From Hydrolagus colliei (Eukaryota), in NCBI GenBank assembly GCA_035084275.1, contig CM068755.1:10912001-10976000 (forward strand): a stretch of DNA of 64,000 nt, written 5' to 3'. The translations under genes were made by a program, and so were the position numbers. Positions 1 through 15,400 of the stretch are shown here, one piece after another. Each line of letters opens with the position of its first letter. Within the stretch, counting starts at the first letter, position 1. The notes beneath the pieces were generated by a model that did not search any database, was not told where the DNA came from, and saw nothing but the letters and a program-made list of their open reading frames with translations.

Positions 1-403
1 TTGCTGGGCTATGCTTATTGTTACTGACATCTATTTTCTGTCTGGGTTAACAATACTTTGGAAACGAAGAAATGGATAGTAAAACATTTTTTCTGACTGA
101 CTGCCTTTCCAGTTAGATCACAAAAAGTTGTACAGTATATAGGAAATATTTGGGATTAAATTAGCTAATGCATTTTGCATTCGTTCATACTTTACCAAGG
201 TGAAAAATGTATGCAATAATAGCATAAGTTTGTTTCTTTAAATTAAAAAATCTATTCTTACAGGTCAACTAGTGTTTAATTATCTTCTGACTTGTCAATA
301 TTGGGAGGACATGTGAATACTGGAGTGTTTTTTCTATGATTATTATGATTTATTTAAACAATTGCTTATTCTTTCTCCTCTCTTTTCCCCTGCCATCCTC
401 TAG

Positions 404-489
404 GCTGGACTTTTTATTGGGAATGGAGTGAAAACAACAAAATCCGATGCTGAGAATCCCAGAGAGGTTCTTGCAATAGACATTGCAAG
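404..489 (+). CDS. Gene A exon (AGLFIGNGVKTTKSDAENPREVLAIDIAR)
   Basis: ctag|GCT acceptor, GCAAG|gtaatt donor; 86 nt, same size as paralogous CEMIP exon 55141-55226. Confidence 0.9.
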
Positions 490-3400
490 GTAATTGTAGA
501 CAATATGTTGTATTGAAACATCCCAAACAATTTCTCTTAATTTCACAATCCGTTGGTACAGTGTTCATGAATTTTTAACATGGGTTTGGTTCATCATAAA
601 CATCTTCACCTCTTTAAGGCATGTTGCAGAGAGTAATTCAAATATACCATTGGAAACATTGCCACATAACAGCAAAAGACATTAAATTGTCATAGGTGTT
701 ACATTGTCCCATTCTATGTGTAAACTTCCTGTGAAATTGATAGCCGGTCATGACTGCCATCACAAGGGAGGGTACCAGTGGGTATGTAGCCTCAGCATAA
801 GTTTTCACTTAGGAAAGACCACGTTGATCTCTCTGCCCCTACACTCTGGAACTCCATCCCACAGTCCCTTTGCCTTGCTTCCTCCCTTGTCTCCTTCAAG
901 GGCAGTCTCAAGACCCTCCTCTTCAATCGTGGCTTCTGCTGCCCTCCCAACTCTCTCCCTCCCCTCCTAGCTCTTTCCCTCTCCTCCCCCTAACCTGCCC
1001 CTCCTCCTTGCTCGGGTTCCGACCTGACTGTTCAGCGCCTTGGGACATCCTCCCAACGTGAAAGACGCTCTATAAATGTAACTGATTGTTGCTGTGTGCA
1101 TACACTGGCAAATGATAGCATTGTAGGAACACGCTAAACTGACTAATTTATTCTAGTTTTGTGACACTTCTGGACTTGTAAATGAGTCAGCTCCTGAACA
1201 GGTAAGACAAACATTTGGTAATAAGTACTGGAGAAAATCCCAAACCCTTCCTCCCACGGACCTCTAAACATATTATTCTCATTTGATCTTGAGTTCAATT
1301 GCTTTTAGTAGCGCAAAATACTTGAGATCTCTGTGTGTTTTCATAGATTTTAAAACTGTCCATATCTCTGGAATAAAATGAAAGGTGTAATGTTATTTAA
1401 TTCACAAAACACAAGGTAGATTCACTCAATTCTTTAATGCAAACTTTACAAGGCACATTCTTTCAAATCAACTTCTTTCACACTCTCCTTCAAATCTGCA
1501 AGGCACTATTTCCAGAATCCTTTTATACTTGCACATTCCATAATCACTTATGTCGTTAAAGCAAATACGCAACAAAAGATGGGAGCGAGTGTTTAGTGTG
1601 TCATAATCTGGCCTCTCGCCCCTGAGATCTGGATTGATGTTAAGCTCACACTAATGAGTCCAATGTAAATGGATTTCAATACAGTTTCTTGTTTCAATAT
1701 ATGCAAATACTGTATTACCACTAAATTGTCAATCTGCCACAGAATGATGGCATGGGAACAGAAAATATCACACGCACCCGATGTTGTGCCCTAGTTTACG
1801 CAGTTACTCTGCCTCTCATTCTAGTTTCTCTAACCAGGAAGTACTGCAAACTGACACCACATCCCTGAAATAGGAAAGCACACCTTGTCCATTTGCGAAA
1901 AGCTTATTCAGCCGTACATTTAAAGCAGATTTTACATTTATAAAGCTCCTTTCACATTGGGTGGGATATCCCAAGGCGATGGTCAGTCAGGGATTTGGAC
2001 CAGACATCATTTAAGATACTGAAAATTGTATATTAGTGCATCAGATTGTAATATTTAGCTGTCTGCTCCTGCTGCGGTTTGGGTTCTTATGTTATTAAAT
2101 GCTTAAGGGATTAGACGAGAACCTTGGAGTTTTGTTTGACCCTCAACTGCCCTTTCTACCCCACATCAACTGCTTGTCTGCCTCCCCAACTCTCCCTCCA
2201 TAGGTTGCAGATCATCCAGGACTCTACAGCCTGTGTCTTCTCCCGCACCAGGCTCTATGACCTCATACCCCATTCTCGCTCAACTCCCCTGGCTTCCCAT
2301 CATAAAGAGGATACAGTTCCTGTTATTCACTATCAAAGCTCTCCTTGGCTTTGTTCCCTTCTACCTCTGTGACATACTACCCCCCCCCCCCCCACCACCA
2401 TCCTGCCTGCTCCCTCCGCTCAGTGGACTCTGGCATGCCTTAATATCTCCTGCCTCGTCCGCACCACCATTGGCAGGTGGGCTTTCAACCACTCTGCCCC
2501 ACCTTCTGGAACTCCATCCCACAGTCTCTGCACTTCATCCTCTCCCTTGCCTCCTTCAAAAAGCATCTCAAGGACCCCCTCTTCAACGGTGCCTTCGGTT
2601 TCCACCCTCTCTGATCCCAATTCTCAGCTCGAGTCGAAACCCTGATTGTCCAGTACCTTGGGACATTATCCCAGCTTGAAAGGCACTATAGAAATATAAT
2701 TGTTGTTCAAAGTACATGCTATTGACCGCCGGGTCTGTTTCCAAGATAAATCTTTCATATGACTGCAAGAGAACTAACCATCTGGTTTGTATCTTTGACA
2801 TAGGTTTCGTCCACATCAGGATGCTGATCCAAGAAAGCCTCGAGTTCCTGCCAATATTGATGGTCTTGTAGCCTTTAAAAATAATGATCATGGTGCCTGG
2901 GCTAGAGGGGGTGACATTATATTCAGCAACTCAGGGTATGTTCTCTCTATGCTTCAGCTGCTACTGTGGTATAGCAAACTGGTTATTATAATAGATTACT
3001 AGTTACTTTAAATTATATATTGTTTCTGGAATTCAAAAGTGGCTTTCTTTGTGTTTTTACAGGTTCTCAGACAATGGAATTGGTTTGACTCTAGCAAGGT
3101 AACTTTATTGAAATTATGTTTCTAGCGTTATAAGTGCAGTACTGTAATCCATGTCATTATCCAGCCAATCCCCTGAATCAAATCATTGAACATGTATTTA
3201 AAGTTCAACCCAGATCTTCGACTGGCAGAAATAATTTGACAATAATCTCAAGAGACAAATGTGGTCAACTTGTTTAGTTTTTTTTCAATAATTCTAAATA
3301 TTTCTTGCCATCAAAGTGAAGCTGCGTTGTACAGTGCCCCACAATGGACTCACATTGCTAAAGGACAAACTAAACTCTGAAGTGGCACTCGCCTTTCCCA

Positions 3401-6400
3401 CACTTGTTCCTTTTTATTTGTTGCCTTGCATAATGCTCTGTAAAAAATGATTGCGGAATTAGGGACTTTGTTATCCATTCTCAGGATCCCTCACGTAGGT
3501 TTCACACTGGTTCCAAAATACCCACTAACTCGGAGCATTAAGACAGGCCCCCACACTCTCAATTTCTCAGCTGTATGTAAGAGCTTTTTAATAGACACCC
3601 TATCCTAGACTCCCAGGCTGCATATTAGGCTTTCCAATGGTTTCCAGAATCCTGCAAAATAAATTGTTCTCGTATGGCTCTCTTTGTTTGCTGCTGAGTC
3701 ACAATGCTAGGCAAATACATACAAATTTCAAGTATGGCATTCCTATCCTCTGAGATGTGTTAACTCTGGGTTTAGCCTGAAGATCCAGGCAATGATAGAC
3801 AATGCGCCAGGATTTGCCGGTTCTCGAGCCCCATGTTAAATTTCTAAGAAAGTGAATTGCACATCTCTATCTGAATTAAGTCACTGGAACTTAGTGGTAT
3901 CCTTTTATGCTGAAAACAAAAATTTGAAGGGAACTTTTATAATGTGAGTCATTAGATACCCTGGGATTTGGGGCAAACATGAAGGGTATGAATTAACAAT
4001 TCAGAAAGCTTAGTGATGGTTGTCGTTTGTGTGAGATAACTGTTTGGCAACGGTACCATTGGTTGACTTGTGGTTAGAAGTTTTTTTTTACTTTTGACTT
4101 TTAAATTAAACAAATTTTAAATTGAAAGAATTTGGAGTGCTAGGGCCTGATGTGTTAATTATTGCAATTCAAGCTAGTTCCACGATGTCCATATATAGTT
4201 GTTTTGATTGTATGAATGTTTTATTTAATAAGCAGCAAAGCTAAAGTGGCTCTAGTGATAAAGGGCTTTTTGTAAGTGTTGCAGTTTATTGTCATGGTAG
4301 CTGATTGCTTGTGGGCATTGAGAGACAGTATGAGGTCTGTTTTTTGTTCATGGGTATCACGGTGCTTTTGTTTGTGATACTGACCACAGGAAACAGAATA
4401 GCAATTATAGTGCAAGTTGCTTGGGGCACAAATGACACTTGGTTCATATTGTAGTAGTTCTGGTTGGGATTGTTATCTCGTGTTCGTGGAAATAATTCAA
4501 TTTTCCATGTACAGGAGACCAATTATTTAGAACATAGTGTTATTGGCCACATATATATTTTACTAAGCCTTTGCTTATCTACTTATAACCAGGTCCTCAA
4601 TGGTTTAAATGTACAATGTTCCTCTCTTTTTTGCTTTTAATTGTTTGAAAGTTTGTCATGTGTTTTGCATCAAAAAATGTCTTCATTTTAAAATGGTTAT
4701 TCTCTTGTGTACCATTCTCAGGGCAATCAGACACAGAATCATCCTGAATAAATGTGTATTCAAAACGAAACTCTTTTCTTTCTGCCTGACAATTGTTCAG
4801 GCACAACTGACAAGTGAAGGTACTCAACAGTAGCAATTATTGTTCGTTTTTGTTTCCATAGCGACGGAACTTTCCCGACAGATGACGGATCGAGCTTGGA
4901 AGTGAGCAAATCAATCTTTGTTGGGGAAAGTAGTAATGTGGGCTTCAATGGAGGAAAAAACAGATACTGGGGAAAGGGAGCACATGGTGAATACAGGACA
5001 CTTCCCAGAAACAGGTAGACAACGAGAGCTTGAGTGGATGAGGCATTTTTTTTGGACTTGATATTGCAAGAAGCAACAAGTGCTGAAAGGCTTAGCTGTT
5101 AAGTGATGATTTTCGTTTCCCTCCGTCTTGTGTTTTATAGAACCTTTCCCATTCGGGGATTCCAAATCTACGATGGTCCGATCCGACTAAAACAATGCAC
5201 GTTTAAGAAATACCAACCCACCCATGAAAGATATTCTAGTGCTCTTGCATTTTTTATGAGGAATTCCTGGCAAGTCAGCCCTCAGAACAATGTGTCTCAG
5301 CTGATGATGGAGAGGAGTGTAAGTTGCAGAACTGTTCTTTGTTGTGAATCCAAGCGTAGCAAGAAGTCGGTTACCATGACTGATCACTGTTTGAAGGTTT
5401 TCTAGACTTCGAATGAAAATTTGATTAAGTTCTGTTTATGTTGCGGGATGCTATACAGTTGTTTGAAATAAACATGACTTTGAATTTCCCTGAGGTTGCC
5501 GGTGCTGTGAAATTCTCTCCATTACATCTGTTAAGTGGAATCTGCAAATCTAGCAGAAACCACTGAATGGGTTAGGGAAAGGAAAACACATGAGCCCAGA
5601 ATAATATGTTCAGTTATGTTAAGACAGCAGGGCAAGAGTTTTAGGTCAATTTTAGGACAGACACCATGAGATATTTCTGTACACAAGAGAGTAATAAACC
5701 AGTGTAACAGATCACCAGGAAAAGTAGTCAAGGCAAGGGACAGTGGGCTCTTTTACAAACAGCTCGAAGATGTAGTTGGAAGATGTTAAGATTGACATTC
5801 AGGAAGAAGAAGGCCAATTGAATCGAGTGCCTTCATGTTCTCCAAAGAAAAAAATTAACAATTTAATAATTATTTCATAAATCTTCTCCTTTTTATCTGA
5901 AGGTTTGTGTGTTGAATGTAATGATTTACAATACGTACCCTGCAATGGCACCTGTTAGTACTCTGTTCAGTTGGTCCTGAAATGGCTTTTTGAGTTGACT
6001 AGCCATTTGAGGTCACAACTGAGCCTGTTTTCATCTGTGTGATTTCCAGCAAAGGCATAACATTGGGGTGTGGCGATCCTGTTCAATTTGATGCCTCTTC
6101 CCAGTTGCTCCTTAGTTGAGTTCAGCAACTTAGCATAAGATGAAGGGGATTGAACATATCTTGTGTCAGTTTCACACGAGGCGTAAAAATGGTTGTCCTA
6201 TAAGGTAGTTTACCAACCGAGCAACCAAATTTTGTATTTGAAATGTGATAAACATCATTCAGATTTTTTGGGGGAAAACATACAATATGGCTCATGTTTC
6301 TGGGTTTGAACCCAAATCTCTGGTTGGCTTCGAAAGGTTTAACAAATTGTTAAACACAGTCCTGAAGTGCGTGACTTACTCCTGTGTTATGCAACCAATA

Positions 6401-9400
6401 TTCTAGCAAACCAACAATCGCAAGACATTTCAAAATACATTAAATCCTAATTATTTGGCCTAAGTTACTTTTTAGATGCAAGAATGCTTATTTGGCAGCA
6501 TTTAACACATAACCAATTAAACCAATTAGGTTTAACAAATTCAAGCACTGTAGGCATCTGCATAATGAATAATACCTGCATATTTTGGAAAAAAAAATGA
6601 CTGCAGTCAAGATCAGTGGACTTTGAAAGATTGAATTGGAAACGTCTGGCTTTTTTTTAAACAATGAAAATTTAATGACATATTTTGACTGTAATGACAA
6701 AAAATATTAATTTAAAACAGTGGAACATTTTTCAGTTCATATTCCAAATTGTCTGGAGTTTTCATAGGTAAATAGTGGATTGTTTAGAATTGTACTTTAA
6801 ATTACTGTGGTGTTAATATACAAAATGTGCAGGCATAGGCTATTATATTGTCTCATATGTTATTTTTGTCCTGGGTTTCAATTCAATACTTGAATTGAAA
6901 AGCAGATGGCCTTTGTTTGGAGCATTCCCTTCCAGTACCTCATTTTCCTTCCTTGTTTGTAGGTGGGACTTAAAGTATTCTTTGGCAAAGCAGGACAGTG
7001 GTTTGGAGATATTGACCTCGATGGTGACAAAGCTTCTATTTTCCACGACTTGGATGGTTCAGTAACTGGATTTCCAGACACATTTGTCGCCAGAGCTGAC
7101 AACTATCTGATTCGTCATCCAGGCTGTCTTAGTGTGCCAAAATGGAACGGAGTCATATGTAGTGGAAAATATGCTCAGGTAGTGTTTACTAAAATTGCAT
7201 AACTTTTGGGAGTCCAGATTGCATATTGATAACTTTGTTGATCTATTTTTCTGGGAATACTAGCATTTTGTTTTGTACGATATTTAATCTCCAATGGACA
7301 ACGCTAGTAAAAGAATTAAGGTGAAAAGGATTGAAGGATCGAAATTCAATTCAGTTTTGAAATTCCTTTTTGATTTTCACAGATTGAGGTTTTTGAAACA
7401 TTTTGAGTGCTGCCCTCAACACAAAAGTTGAAGCCCAATAATTTCCATGCTCCATTTTGCTCCAATTGATGGGAAATCAATGTTTTAGTGCAGCTACAAA
7501 TTGGACATCGATTTAATGCAATCAAGTATCCTTTGAAGCAGGAATGAAATCCTAGCTCCAGGCATTGAAAGGCATATTAAGTGTATTTTCACCATTTTGC
7601 GCGCTTAGATTTCTGGCGAACTTGTGACTTCTGTTTACAGCCGTCTTTTTGTTAGGTTTTCACCAAGTTCATAAATAGGTCAATCTGATCTTAATACAAT
7701 ACCCCACCCTTTGAATTGATTTTCCATTTCTCAGTGTTTGCAACATTCAGTACAAGTGCTCACCTATAGCTACAAAACTTTTCATCTTCATGATAATTCT
7801 TAAACGTAAGCCATTTCTGTTTACGTTTTCATAAGCTGTTCACACTTTCTATGTTAACATTCAGACTGATTTGTATTTTTTCGTTTTTATCTGTAAATTG
7901 CCACAATTTCCTTTGCTCTTTATGAACCCTGGTTAGTTTACCACTGCCGTACTCCTCTGCTGGATTTGAACATTGACAAGTATCCTTGCTTGTCCCCTCA
8001 AGTAATTAAGTTCTGTTGGGAGAGTATCTATTTCCAAACATTTATTTCTTCTTTCCAATGGAAAAAAAACACGAGCACATCTGCCAAATCTCCTCTCTAG
8101 AGAATGTAATTTTGAGGGATGTGTACTGTAACCTTCTTAGAATATTCTTTAAATCCTCTGTGTCTCTGGCCCGCAATAGATACTCTAGCTTTCCGAGATA
8201 TTAACCAAAATTGCTTTTGAAGGATTCCCCCGAAATGGATGGAAAAATATTTGTAAAGCCACTTTGGCTTTTCTAAATTGTTATTGGCTAGTAGCCACAT
8301 TGTCCTACCCAGAAAAAGAAGAATGTGTGACCTAACAAACAAAATTCTTAAAAATGTCTGAAATTACCCTTTTAATGTCAGAACTAATAGAACACAACTT
8401 CTTGGATATTTGCAAGAGCTGTTTATTTCAGTCATGCAAAGTTGGATTTTTTTTTTAGTTTTCAACACTTGCTTTAGTTTAATTTTAACAGATTGTTGAA
8501 TTATTCAAGTTGGTGCTAGCCAGGCGGGTTTTCGTGTCAGCTCTGAGCAAAGTGGATGATTGTTAATCATCACAATCTGAAAAGAGGCACAAAGCAGCAG
8601 AGTAGTTCCAAAAGTCTTAAAATAGCATGAACCAAAACTGATAGAACAAGAGAGTACTAGAGACAGCAAACAGTTTTTTAAAATAAAGTGGTTCCTCGCC
8701 ACATATCTTCAGAATCTGGAACGCTGATGTTTCGTGCAAAACGGCAAATGCATTGTTAAGGTACAATAGTCATTCACAATTGATAACTATTGTTAATATT
8801 CTCAAGACCCCCGTTCATGAGTCCCGACCTTGACTTGCCTTGGGATGTCCTTCCGACGTGAAAGGCGCACAATAAATGTAAATTACAATAAATGTAATTT
8901 TGTTGTTGTTAATTTGGCTAAAATAAATATTGCAACCAAACCTCTCCTCTAATTGGATGGAACTCGATATTTCCATAGCCTTTTATGACTTACCGGTTTT
9001 GATCTCCAAAGTACATTTGTAAGAATGTGTGACTTTAATGTGGATTAATGCCTGCTGGCTGTTCGCTTAAAGAGATTAATAAAAGAATGCAATCTGCTAA
9101 TAATCCTTGACTAATTACCAGGTTACATAGAAACTAGCACCAGTGTTAATTTTCGAAAGTGCTTCTCTCTGCATGTGTCGGCTGGTGGTGTGGAGTTTGT
9201 GTTTGTTCAGTAGGCCAAAGATTAAATGAAAAACAATGGGGTTACCAAAAACTGCTGGATTAATAAATGTGCTGAAACATCATCAATGGAATAGTTTTGG
9301 CAGTGCAACATTTGCAACAGAATATTTTGAATAATCCTCTGACTGCAATTCTTGCACCATATTTAATGCACAAACGTGTATCAAAAATATACTAGTCTAT

Positions 9401-12400
9401 ATTAATCTCAAAAGTCTTGAAACATACTTAGTACAGTATATTGCTGAAATAAGATGAACATCGAAAGGTGAGTGTGTGGCACATCTTGTACAATACAATT
9501 TGCACTTATTAATGCCTTTCATGCTGGACACGCAAGTCCAGGTTAGGGTCAATCGAGTTAAAGAATATGGGGGGGGGGGGGGGGGGGGAGCTTGGGTAAA
9601 TGACCAAAGGGACAGTCAGTGGGGTAAGTCTCGAGTCTGGCTTTGAAAGTTGGAAGTTGGGAGGGTGGAGGTGAGTCTGAGAGGCTCTGAGATGGAGTTC
9701 CAAAGAATGGAGGCAGAATGGCTGAAACCCTGCCCAAATAGGATGGAGGAATAATGTAGTAGACGAGTATTTGTTGAGTGAAGCGAATGGCTGGGTTGGA
9801 GAGGTGGAGGGGCAGGGGGAGGAAGTTAGATCATGGATTTACAACAAATTTGAAACATTTTATCTTTTCAATTTAAGCAGTTTTAAAAAAATATATTATT
9901 TGACTATTCGTGAGTAGCAATAAATGCAAAATCCTAAGTTAATTAGGAAAATGATGGATTTTAAACATCTTATTGTAGAATTGTGTTGAAGCTCTCAGCT
10001 TTGTTTGTAAAATCCCATTGTCTCCCAAAGCATCAAGCAGCATCTTCTCTGATCAGAAACTTATCATTGTCACTTCATTCTACTTAGCTCTATGTGCAGG
10101 CAAGACGCCCAGAGAACCTCTCTCTACTGATTACAAGGGATCCATATCTGCACCAAACTCTGACGCTGCAAGGTGTGAATCGTAGAGCGCCATATCAACA
10201 GTATCAGGCTGTGGTGTTGTTGCAACAGGCCTATACTCTGTGCTGGAATGGCAGAGCCCCCAAGGAAATCGTCCTCTACCCAATCAATTTTAACAGGTAC
10301 CTTTATATAAGAGTTGCGATTTGTTTGTTGGTGTCATTATCATTCACCATCCATCCGAAGCTTGAGTCAGGTTTTCTTCTCTACTTTCACTTCTCAGAAT
10401 ATTGCTGTTTATAATAATATGTATTTTATAACGATTGCTTAATTCTTTCCCCCCCCCACCTCCCCATGGCTCAGGCTTCTAATCAGCTGTGGGAAGTATT
10501 CTGATGCAAAAGGAGGCATACAAATGTATATTGTAAATTATTGTTGATTGCAATAATTCTAGATGGGCAAATACATTTATGCATAATTCTTAGTAGACAG
10601 TATTTTCTCAGAGAATATGAATTACTTGTTTAAAAGGCTACACAGCTTGTTTTGAGGCAAAGAGACTGAGTCTCATGCTTTATGCTAAAATAGCTGCTCC
10701 AGCCCAGCTCTAAGATACGATTGTTGATGTTCACTGAACGTATTTCAATCTACTTTATTGATGGTAAGACAGCTTCAGTATTCCAAATACATGCTCTCCT
10801 ATTTCTGACAAAAGATTGGAATGATCTCTCCATTTTTTTACATAATGCTCTCAGGTTACAATCTTTTCTGACAACAAGAGAAGCAATTTTCGTTCCTAAA
10901 ACCTCAATTGAAGCAAAGATAGTTCTGACCTGCTGTGCCTCCAAGCCCATTGTTCTCTATCAGGGATGATTTAATATTCACAAGAAGAACACAGATTTTG
11001 TTTTATAATTTAATACAAAATAATGACTTGAGATTTATAGATGATTGTTTCTTGTGTGGATATGTGAAATGTGTTTCATTTTCCTAATACGCAAGTGTGA
11101 TTTATTGTCACTAGACAGCTTGACAAAAAAGAAACATTCAGCAATGGCAAGGAAAACTTGTTGAGACAGGAACTCACTTGGTGTGGATGAAGTAAGGAAT
11201 GGATTGTGAGCCATAAGTCAAGATAAATTGAAGGATACACAGAAAGATAGTTGAGTTGACTAAAAGCAGCTGTTTTAAAAAAAAAAGTAAATTGCTTTTG
11301 CTTTTCTTTGGTAAAGAAGTCTTTCCAATAACTAGACATCAACATTGTACACCATTTCAGTCAAGAATGCAAGCTTTAACTTGGTAACCTGTAGAAAGTA
11401 ATTACTGGTGTTAGTCAAGTGTTTGTTTGAATGTAGATGTTCAGAAGACTGCATAGTCTATTTTTGACACAACACAAAATACTACAGATGCTGGGAATCT
11501 GAAACAAAACAGAAGTTGCTGGGGAAACTCAGCAGGTCAGACGGCATCCATGGAGAAAGGAAAATTAGTCAACGTTTTGGGTCTACAACCGTTCGTCAGA
11601 ACTAGACCCTAGTCTATTTTTGGTTTTGATGTTTTAGATGTGTGCCATTGTTGTTGCACAAACAGCCATCAAGTGAGTGACCAATTTTATCTGAGGGTTT
11701 GTTGGACAGGACGTTGGAAGAAATCCCCTTTTCTTTTTGAATACTGCAATTCATAAACTACCTGAACTGGCAAATGGTTCCGCAGTTTAACATCACATCT
11801 GATGAATGCCAGCTCCCAACAATACACTGCTCCCTCAGTACTGCAGTGGAGTCTAGACTATGAGTTCAAAGTCCTGAAGTAAACAACTTCTGATTCACAG
11901 TCAAAGAGCACAACCACCTGTGCCAGGCTAACACAATACTAATGTCTCTTTCATGGACTAGGGTTTGGACATTCATCAATCACACTCTTGCTGTCATTTA
12001 TAACCATAGCTTCCTATATTTATGGAGAATACCTGGGAGATAAAAGAAGTGATTAAAGTCTTAAATGACTACTCTTGTGCTGATTTTAACACCATAAATA
12101 CAGAAAAGTAGGATTTTGAGGCATTCTTGTTTCCTCTATACTTACAAATTTCTTTTCACCACATTGATAATATGTGATTTGAAGCTAGACATATATTCCA
12201 TTAGGACTAAATATTGTTTTTAAAAATAGTTTCTCAAATCTAATTTAGTTCTACAATGAGCCAGACAGTTCTCAAGGAGAGTTCAATTTGAAGTTCTATG
12301 TGACCTATATTTATATATATTTTTAAAGAATCACGTTTGCTGTTCAAAATCACTCTGGATACTTCAGCTAAGAAACAAAAATGAACAATGCATTTTGAAC

Positions 12401-15400
12401 TCTTTGCGTCTGCCAAGGTTTTGCACACAGATTAGGAGTGGCATACTAATTCAGTAGTGAACTGCTCAGGTGTCACCAAAAAAACTTTATAACATTAAAA
12501 CTTTCTAAAAGTAGAATAAACTGGTTGCTCTGTGCAAAACTTTGATAACCAGAGCTAAACAGTTGGAAAAATTGACTGCGTTGGTCATTCTTGTTTCTAA
12601 GCTAAAGTCTCCATCCCTGATTCAATAACACAATATTATCTTGGCGAAACCATATAGCTAAATTCATTAGCATTATTTTTTTTCTATCTTTCTTGGATAT
12701 ACAGTACTGTATGAAGATAAATTCTTATGAGGCAAAGTGAATGAAGTTTACTAACTTAAACAGTTATGATTCAATTTTAATAATTTTATTTTTGTTGATT
12801 TTACAAATATTCAGTGGGCTATTTTAAAGTATAGCATTATAGATGTTCGGTAACCCACCATATGCTTTTCATTCAACAATCTGTCAGGGTGAATGCAGCA
12901 TTCAGATGGGTTACAGATGTCAGTGTGGAGCAATAATGCACTTAAACTTTCAATGTTTAGAGCTGTAATGGAAAAAAAAATGAGTCCAATGAAAAATCAT
13001 AATATGTTTTTGATGACAGACTAAAATGTTGCTAAAGGTGCTGTCTGTCTCTGCTTCTGTTTCAGCAGAAGGTGCAAGAAAAAACAGAAGACACAATAAT
13101 AATAATCCTTGCATTTGATATTTCATGTATAATTAGTGTGCAAATTACAGTGGAGTCATCCAAACGAGAGAATTGGCCATACTTTAGCTTCTTTAGGGGA
13201 GAAGAGGAAGCCAGTACCTGTCACGATAATTGAAAAATTACTTGCACAGAAAAGTAGCTTCTGTGTATCTTTTAGTAAACTTATGTGCACTGCTCACAAA
13301 ATACTATACATCTGCCAAGTACAGTATTATGAAACGATTGATGTCATGTCCTCTGTCTGTGCTATGTAACACAAATGTAGCCTGGAACTATTGGAAAGCT
13401 ATGTTTCACTTTTACACAATAAGGACACAGGTCATTTTCCCTTCCTACCATTCCCTGGTCTTCAAATAGATGGACTTTCCCAATTGGAGATGTATTTTGG
13501 ATCCATTCTCCATGTATGTAATGCCTTTCACTTTGGGAAGATGTTTCAAAGTACTGTACTTCACAAGGATGTTGTATCTTGGTGCACTGAAATAGTAACA
13601 TAGAAATGCTGCTTCATGGAATAATAAATACTGGTGGGCTAAATTCCAATCATCTTTAATGTGTAGTGCCTCTGGTGATGTGAGATTCATAATGGCAAAA
13701 TCTCCTTGGCAACCAACACGCCCAAAGGTGCTGTGCTTAACGCCAACCGGAATTTTAGGTCATGGGTTCTCTACAATTTCACATGGTTCTGGGTAAGGAT
13801 AAACCTAAACTTAAATCAACTTGCACCACTGGGTCATGTTTATTACTGTGTGTTGCATGGATGGACCTAAAGCAGTGAAAGGAAACCATTCACAAACCAT
13901 TCACACACCTATAAGACTATCAGTATTACAGTGCCTCGAATATTTAATCTTGACGTGTAGTGTTTTAAATTATTAGTCTAATTTATGACTACTGTATTTG
14001 TAAGTTAGACTTCAGCTAATAATAATCCTTGCATTTGATATAGCACTTTTCACGTCTTCTAGACGTCGCAAAGTGCTTCGCAGAAAATATACTGTAAAGT
14101 GAATTGACTGTTTATCATGAAGAAAGAAAACCTAGAATCAGAGAGACTGTGAGGCATTTCAGCTAGATGGGTTTCATCTTCACTTCTGAAAGGAAATGAG
14201 AGAGACAATAGACATGGTTCTGGTTCATATTTTCAGAAGAGCGAGTATGTGTTAAATAGGAACAGTCATTGTATGGTACGAGTTGCCAAAGAATGTCATT
14301 GAAGCAGGCTATACAAAATTCCTAATGGATTTGTTTCGGGAAAGAGAAAGGATTGAGAGATGTGCGGAGAAGGAGCTGACGTTGAGAAGTATCAAACTGA
14401 ACAATCATGTTGGGCCGATTTGCCTTTTCCTACCCTTAACTAATTTTATGTTTTAAGGTCAGAACATTAGAGACTGGAGGATTAAAAAAACACACACAAA
14501 AATGTTTTCTGAGTAAATGAGACATCATGCCCGGAAATTGTAGACTAGTTAGTCTGATGGGGGAAATATGTCAGGAAGCATTATACTGAATGCTCTCAAT
14601 GTTCAGACAACCATGAAGCCATAAAGAGGACATTGGATTAAATCTCAAGTACAGACTTGAAGGGTTGAATGGTTATTTCTTCTGTGCTGTAACTTTCAAA
14701 ATTATTTCAGATGGATTTAGTAAAAAGAAAAATATCATGTCTCACAAGACTGCTAGATGGATACCAAGGAAGGACCTGAACTAGCACAGGAGACTGCACA
14801 TAGTTTTATTAATACAGAAACTCTTGCAATACAACAAAGAATCTTAAACGCTTTAGGTTTTTGGAAGGAATAGTAACTATTTGTGGCAGCCAATTTCTGC
14901 AAAATGGTGTCCCACAAAGAGTCATGAAGTGAATGACCAATTTTTGATTGTTGACCAGAACAACAGGAGAAACTCCCTTCTCAAAATCTGCTTGATTTTC
15001 AGAAGACATTTGATGGTTTCATTTTACTTTGAATAAGAAAAACACTTTCGCAATTATTAAGCTTGACTTGCTTTTTAATCCTGTGTTTTTTGCCTCCCAA
15101 CATTGCTCAAAAGATCTTCGGGGAATTTACTTTCCAAACCGTAAGTCTTTACTTGCCAGCAAAATGTACAGTCTAATACTTAACACAAAATTGCAATGTA
15201 AATGCGTTGTGATGGGTGATATTTTGGTCACCGGGAAAATATGAACTGTAATGTGTTCAGCCAAGTTAAGTACATTCAGTTTTAAAGATTTTAAAAACGT
15301 GAAACTACTGTAGCTCACCTAAATATTTTTTAAAAAACAAAGCAAATCAAGAAATGTGGCAGTACTATCACAAACAAGAGCATTTTTCAATGCATATAAT

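Noticed and set aside
3070-3089. 20-nt identity (gacaatggaattggtttgac) between the micro-exons of gene A and CEMIP (57341-57360), suggesting gene conversion
   Set aside because: Too short and within an invariant peptide; flanking codons, introns and the other exons are highly diverged.
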